From positions 1-22,248 of the forward strand of contig WJMJ01000171.1 of NCBI GenBank assembly GCA_014728035.1: DNA of 22,248 nucleotides, in the 5' to 3' direction. Made by a program: the position numbers and the translations under genes. Positions within the stretch are counted from its first letter, which is position 1. Each line of letters starts with the position of its first letter. The notes under the pieces are model-generated. The model was not told where the DNA came from and ran no database searches. It saw only the letters and a program-made list of their open reading frames with translations. This document shows positions 17,625-22,248 of the stretch, in pieces. Origin of the DNA: Promethearchaeota archaeon (GTDB lineage Archaea > Asgardarchaeota > Thorarchaeia > Thorarchaeales > Thorarchaeaceae).

Positions 17625-18461
17625 ATGACGCGAATGCCGGTAGTAGCTGGAAGATTTTACGAGGGGACTGAAGAGACTCTGATGCCGAGACTAAAAGAAA
17701 GTTTTTTGAAAAATCTCGGGCCGGGAAGACTTCCCGAGGGTCCACCTGGAGATTCTGATCAAATCAAAGCATTAGTTGCTCCGCATGCAGGGTATGTATA
17801 TTCTGGCATGACCGCAGCTCATAGTTACATCAGATTATTTGAAGACCAAGTACCAGAACATCTAGTAGTTTTAGGACCAAATCATACAGGAGTCGGGAAG
17901 ACAGTGGCGATTTGTGAGGACGATTGGAAGACCCCTCTTGGCATAGTATCATACGATACTGAATTGGGGCCTGCAATCATCAAGGAAGACAAGTATGCTG
18001 AATCGGACTGTATCGCACATAGTTCGGAACATTCTATTGAAGTTCAGTTACCCTTCCTTCAATACATATACGGAGGTCTTAGTTTTGTTCCAATCTGCTT
18101 GGGAACCAGGAGATATGATATATGCGAGTCACTTGGATTGACCTTAGCAAAATTAGCAGAAGATATGAATATCACAGTTATTGCCAGTTCAGATTTCACA
18201 CATTTTGAATCAGCTGAGAGTGCAAAAAAGAAGGATAATCAAGCAATGGAATATCTTGAGTTTCTAGATGCTGAAGGATTCCTCGAATTCATTAACAGTC
18301 ACAAAGTAAGTGTTTGTGGCGCTGCACCAATCACCGTTGCAACAGTCTTCGCAAAAGAAATGGGAGCTACTAGATTCAACCTTCTCAAATACACTAACTC
18401 TGGAGATGTTACCGGAAATAAGAATGATGTTGTAGCATATGTTGCAGCCGAATATATCTAG
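17625..18461 (+). CDS. MEMO1 family protein (AmmeMemoRadiSam system protein B-like)
   Basis: 278-aa ORF; 'PVVAGRFYEGTEETL', 'ALVAPHAGYVYSGMTAAHSY', 'VVLGPNHTGVG', 'EHSIEVQLPFLQYI', 'VIASSDFTHFE'. Confidence 0.95.
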   Translation: MTRMPVVAGRFYEGTEETLMPRLKESFLKNLGPGRLPEGPPGDSDQIKALVAPHAGYVYSGMTAAHSYIRLFEDQVPEHLVVLGPNHTGVGKTVAICEDDWKTPLGIVSYDTELGPAIIKEDKYAESDCIAHSSEHSIEVQLPFLQYIYGGLSFVPICLGTRRYDICESLGLTLAKLAEDMNITVIASSDFTHFESAESAKKKDNQAMEYLEFLDAEGFLEFINSHKVSVCGAAPITVATVFAKEMGATRFNLLKYTNSGDVTGNKNDVVAYVAAEYI

Positions 18462-19759
18462 TCATTACCCGATTCGTCATCGGTTTCACACATACCTTCC
18501 AATTGCACATCTCGTGGGAGACCAATTCCTCCGGCGATAGCTCCAAAGAACGACACCATGGAAGCAACTCCAAGAGCAGATATTGAATCTCCTGAAGTAT
18601 CGAACAAATATCCACCAAGAAGTGGACCTACAACATAAGCACTATTGCTAACAGCTCCAAATGCACCCATAACACTTCCATACACACGGTCATCACACAG
18701 ATCCCCAATTAGTGCTTGAATAGTTGGCCCTCTCATTGATATTGCAACTCCAAGAATCATTCCAGCTATATAGAATCCTACTACATCCGTTGCTATCATA
18801 AAAAGAAATAATGAAATTCCACCCATTGTAGCTCCGGCCACAATAAGCCATTTTCTTCCAACCTTGTCAGATATTTTACCAAACCCGATGTTACCAGCAA
18901 TCGTGATAATGCCAATAATTCCAAAGAATACCCCAATCTCGATAGGCTCTATTCCAAATCGTTGTACAGCATCTAACATGAATGCAACCTCCAGTATTCC
19001 GAAGGCAAACATATTGGCAAACATTGAAACAGCCAATGTGAAGTATGCCTTTGGTTGTTGCTGGAATACTTGGACGACGGAAATCTCATCAGATTTGGGA
19101 GGTGCAGCCATTCGTTTTACAGACTGAGGAGGTTCCGAAATGAGAATCTGAATCGCAATAACTGTGAAGAATGTGCCTATAGCTGCGATTACAAATGGTA
19201 GACGGATCCCTAAGAATTGAGCTAACACTCCACCAAGAGTTGGTCCAATCACAAACCCAACCATATTTCCAGTGCTAAGATACCCCATAGCAGTACCTCT
19301 GTTCTCAGGTGTGGTTAAATCGGACACATATGCATTTGCTGCTGGATAAAATCCAGCTGAAACCGCACCTTCCAATGCCCTAGCTCCAATCATCACGAAT
19401 ATTGTTTCAGCAGAAGCATAAATCAGATTTGCAATTGCAAAACCAATAAGAGCTCCGAGAAGCACTGGTTTTCTTCCTACTTTATCAGATAATCCTCCCA
19501 TTGGACCAGCAAGGAAGATTCTAGTAAGAGCAAATGATGCAGCGAGAACGCCTAGTTCAAGTGCTCCAACTCCCAAAGCATCAATATAGAAGGGGAAAAT
19601 AGGAGTTACTATACCAAACCCGATTTGCAAAATGCAAAGGGATAGAGCCAACATAACTACTTGACGAATACCACTTGGTTCAATAGGAGAAGCATCAGAT
19701 ATGACTTCTGCACTAGAAACCGATGTGGAGTTTCCTTCAAGAGAATCATCTAGCCCCAT
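18458..19759 (-). CDS. major facilitator superfamily transporter
   Basis: 433-aa polytopic ORF; 'GPMGGLSDKVGRKPVLLGALIGFAIANLIYA', 'GKISDKVGRKWLIVAGATMGG' MFS signature repeats. Confidence 0.92.
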   Translation of the reverse strand: MGLDDSLEGNSTSVSSAEVISDASPIEPSGIRQVVMLALSLCILQIGFGIVTPIFPFYIDALGVGALELGVLAASFALTRIFLAGPMGGLSDKVGRKPVLLGALIGFAIANLIYASAETIFVMIGARALEGAVSAGFYPAANAYVSDLTTPENRGTAMGYLSTGNMVGFVIGPTLGGVLAQFLGIRLPFVIAAIGTFFTVIAIQILISEPPQSVKRMAAPPKSDEISVVQVFQQQPKAYFTLAVSMFANMFAFGILEVAFMLDAVQRFGIEPIEIGVFFGIIGIITIAGNIGFGKISDKVGRKWLIVAGATMGGISLFLFMIATDVVGFYIAGMILGVAISMRGPTIQALIGDLCDDRVYGSVMGAFGAVSNSAYVVGPLLGGYLFDTSGDSISALGVASMVSFFGAIAGGIGLPRDVQLEGMCETDDESGND

Positions 19760-19820
19760 GGGTAAAAACGCCTAATGAGAACGACAGCAAATTCTTTTTC
19801 AACTTTGTCTAATGGTTGGT

Positions 19821-20345
19821 TCAGCGATTGATAATAACTCGGCTAACACCATTTATTTCAGCTAATGTCTCAATAATAGCCCCAGACAAAGGTTCCTGGG
19901 TTATAACCTTCAGACATGGCTCAGGATAGATTTCCATATCTTCAGCAATGACTTGGCGGATCGGAATCCCATAGCCTGCAATAGTTGAAGTAACTTCAGA
20001 AACTATTCCGGGATTTTCCGGAGATTTGACATAAATTGTTATGAAGCCATATCCAAGAACTTCACTAACTTTTTCCAAAGAGGGCCCGGCTGGTTCTATT
20101 CTGGAAAAAAAGGCGTATAATTTCTTAGCTTTTTCACTATGCTTCGAGCAAATATCTTCTGTGGTTGCTCGAACAGTTCTTCTATCAATATCAAGTGCAT
20201 CAGCTAGAGATTTCAATGGGATTTTTACTGATCGACATTGAATTCTTCCTGTATCTACGACCTTGAAGCCATGCCGAATTATGGCTTGTGCTACTTGGAG
20301 TCTCTGAGGCGAATCTCTGAAAAAATCTGCAATTTCATCCCACAT
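19821..20345 (-). CDS. HTH + ACT domain protein (COG2061-type amino-acid metabolism regulator)
   Basis: 174-aa ORF; N-terminal HTH-like 'PLKSLADALDIDRRTVRATTEDI', C-terminal ACT-like 'ITIYVKSPENPGIVSEVTSTIAGYGIPIRQVIAED'. Confidence 0.8.
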   Translation of the reverse strand: MWDEIADFFRDSPQRLQVAQAIIRHGFKVVDTGRIQCRSVKIPLKSLADALDIDRRTVRATTEDICSKHSEKAKKLYAFFSRIEPAGPSLEKVSEVLGYGFITIYVKSPENPGIVSEVTSTIAGYGIPIRQVIAEDMEIYPEPCLKVITQEPLSGAIIETLAEINGVSRVIINR

Positions 20346-20445
20346 TTATCTCTCACAACACTTGATTTGAAGATGTAATACTATAATCATTTTGCAATAT
20401 CAATTTTAGGAATAAAGAACTAAGACACTAAATTGACTTGGAGTG

Positions 20446-20976
20446 TTATACCAGTAATTTCTCCATCAATATCTCATCAACAAATCCATACTCCATGTTA
20501 AAATGATCCTTCCGAACACCAACATTCCGGTATCCAACTGATTCATACAATGCTCGAGCAACTTCGTTATCGTGAAAGGTACTCAGGATGATTTTGAAGT
20601 ATCCAACCTGTTTAGCTGCGTACTCTGAAGATACCATTAACGAGTGTCCAACTCCTATATGACGGTACTCTTTTAGAACAATAATGCCCAACTTTGCTAC
20701 ATGTTTTGATGCCATCCATTCTTCTGGTTGCAAGGTTATATGTCCCGCATATTCACCATCAACCTCAGCAAGCATGAGGATATCTCTAGTACGATACGTT
20801 CGTTGAATCCAATTAACCCAATCAGCTACTGAAGCACTAACTCTGAAAGTTGGAAGCCATTTTCCTTCTTCAACAACAGATCCAAAACCGTCATGAAGAT
20901 TTTTTGCGTCCTCAGGTCTAGCATGACGAACAATTACTGTTCGACCATCTTTTAGTGAATATTCCCAAGAACTCAA
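20446..20976 (-). CDS. GNAT-family acetyltransferase
   Basis: 176-aa ORF; 'VRHARPEDAKNL', 'GIIVLKEYRHIGVGHSLMVSSEYAAKQVG', 'NEVARALYESVGYRNVGVRKDHF'. Confidence 0.85.
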   Translation of the reverse strand: MSSWEYSLKDGRTVIVRHARPEDAKNLHDGFGSVVEEGKWLPTFRVSASVADWVNWIQRTYRTRDILMLAEVDGEYAGHITLQPEEWMASKHVAKLGIIVLKEYRHIGVGHSLMVSSEYAAKQVGYFKIILSTFHDNEVARALYESVGYRNVGVRKDHFNMEYGFVDEILMEKLLV

Positions 20977-21037
20977 ACACTTGACCTCAAACTTTCACGA
21001 TTATTCCTAAGAAAAAGGATTGCGGTGTGTAACTTTC

Positions 21038-21862
21038 CTAATGGGTATCGATACGTGGCACGTCAACACGAATCCCAGGACAAGGTAACGAACAAGCGTA
21101 TACTCGATCTAATTCCACATATGCCAATTTTTTATCAATTTCACGAAACGTTCCTTTTACTTGAAAAGCAGCAGGTTCTAAAGTAACCAAGGAAATTGCT
21201 ACGCGGGTTCCATCTTTGATGCTATATCCTCGTCTTCGTTCTTCGTGTCGCATTACTGTCAAATGATTACTCGATGCGGGATAGACTCCGAATTCTGGAA
21301 AGGCAATAGGATATCCATCATCTGATACAAAGGATATTACACGTACAGAGGTCATTTGTGAGAAACGGCTCTGAACATTGTAAGGTAAATTTCCTTCTCT
21401 AGCCAATCTCGACGGTATCTTTCTCGAAGACAGTCTTGCTCCTAGGTATGATCGTAAAACTGAGAATTTGGAGAGTTTGATATTTTTCGAGATTTCTTTA
21501 GGGATTGCAGTACCAGCAAATCGAGCATTTGTATATTGACTATAACGAAACAATGGAGTCATTGCTATGAATTCGTAAATCTCATCATTTCGATGAAATC
21601 CCTCGAAATCAGCTCGAATCAACCAACTGTCCAAGTCAGTGGTCATTACCAGTATCCCAAGTTCATGATTTCCAGCCTCAAGATTCATCCTAGTCTTATA
21701 GGTTAGAAAATCTCCATATACTAGAGTTGTTTCATCATATTTGGTCCAAGATGTGATGAATGAAATGTTTGGCTCGCCATCACTATCTTTCGTTGCGAGA
21801 AACTTTGGAGTTTCTAGTATTGCAAGAGTAGCATCTAATTTTTCAGGAAAATCAACGCTCAT
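21038..21862 (-). CDS. pyridoxamine 5'-phosphate oxidase-like (FMN-binding split-barrel) family protein
   Basis: 274-aa ORF; N-terminal 'LDATLAILETPKFLATKDSDGEPNISFITSWTKYDETTLVYGDFLTYKTRMNLEAG' typical of split-barrel flavin proteins. Confidence 0.75.
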   Translation of the reverse strand: MSVDFPEKLDATLAILETPKFLATKDSDGEPNISFITSWTKYDETTLVYGDFLTYKTRMNLEAGNHELGILVMTTDLDSWLIRADFEGFHRNDEIYEFIAMTPLFRYSQYTNARFAGTAIPKEISKNIKLSKFSVLRSYLGARLSSRKIPSRLAREGNLPYNVQSRFSQMTSVRVISFVSDDGYPIAFPEFGVYPASSNHLTVMRHEERRRGYSIKDGTRVAISLVTLEPAAFQVKGTFREIDKKLAYVELDRVYACSLPCPGIRVDVPRIDTH

Positions 21863-22248
21863 AGGTTTCTACCGCCTTGAATTTTTTGAGATGATTTAGA
21901 ATCCCGTAATGTCATCCCAGACCAGATCACATTTTTCACTCCTTCTTCACGAGCAATACCAGCTAATTCCTCCATCCTCTCTTGTGAAACCAATTCGGAG
22001 TCTTTTAGTGGATAACCAAGTCCTAGAAGAGTGTATTTCTCGATACACATTCGATTGAATGCGAGTAAATCGAATCGCTCCACAGTTACAAGTTTTTCAG
22101 TTATGAAAGCAGCTATTCTCTTAATGTTCTCACTGTTATCTGTGTATCCTGGAATCACCGGTGTTCGAATCCACATTGGAATTCCGTGTCTTGAAATAGC
22201 AACTGCGTTTTCCAGAATACGATGCAAATCTCCACCAGTATGAGACTT
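21859..22248 (-). CDS. C-terminal part of a glycyl-radical-activase-like (PflA-type) radical SAM protein, truncated by the window edge
   Basis: Frame open to the window end (adds KSHTGGD upstream of the listed start); 'HTGGDLHRILENAVAISRHGIPMWIRTPVIPGYTDNSENIKRIAAFI' and 'FDLLAFNRMCIEKYTLLGLGYPLKDSE'. Confidence 0.85.
   Translation of the reverse strand, partial: KSHTGGDLHRILENAVAISRHGIPMWIRTPVIPGYTDNSENIKRIAAFITEKLVTVERFDLLAFNRMCIEKYTLLGLGYPLKDSELVSQERMEELAGIAREEGVKNVIWSGMTLRDSKSSQKIQGGRNL

Overview
The window looks like an archaeal chromosome segment. Thermosome, archaeal-type Rpo6/RpoK, an AK6/Fap7-like kinase, Memo-family and COG2061-type ACT proteins all point that way. The NosD-like beta-helix protein with a 'GNWWEDY' motif is reminiscent of Asgard/Thermoplasmatota-type genomes, but lineage is inference. 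I can support about 20 coding regions. No CRISPR array, rRNA, confident tRNA or transposase was seen. The strongest observation is an RNA polymerase subunit Rpo6 (omega/Rpb6) domain at the C-terminus of a 219-aa protein. Its N-terminus carries helix-hairpin-helix DNA-binding sequence and an Arg-rich linker. Other points of interest are: a membrane-anchored HhH/DUF4332-like protein; a pair of paralogous small membrane proteins flanking a beta-helix surface-protein locus; a perfect 10-bp inverted repeat in that locus's divergent promoter; an apparently solitary Eco57I/TaqI-type DNA methyltransferase; an SPFH-like protein with a duplicated CPNC unit; an uncharacterised four-knuckle zinc protein next to hisS; a radical SAM/split-barrel gene pair with an ATGA overlap; convergent genes whose stop codons overlap in one CTAG; and several intrinsic-terminator-like hairpins. 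I did not find a convincing multi-gene defence or other wholly new system.
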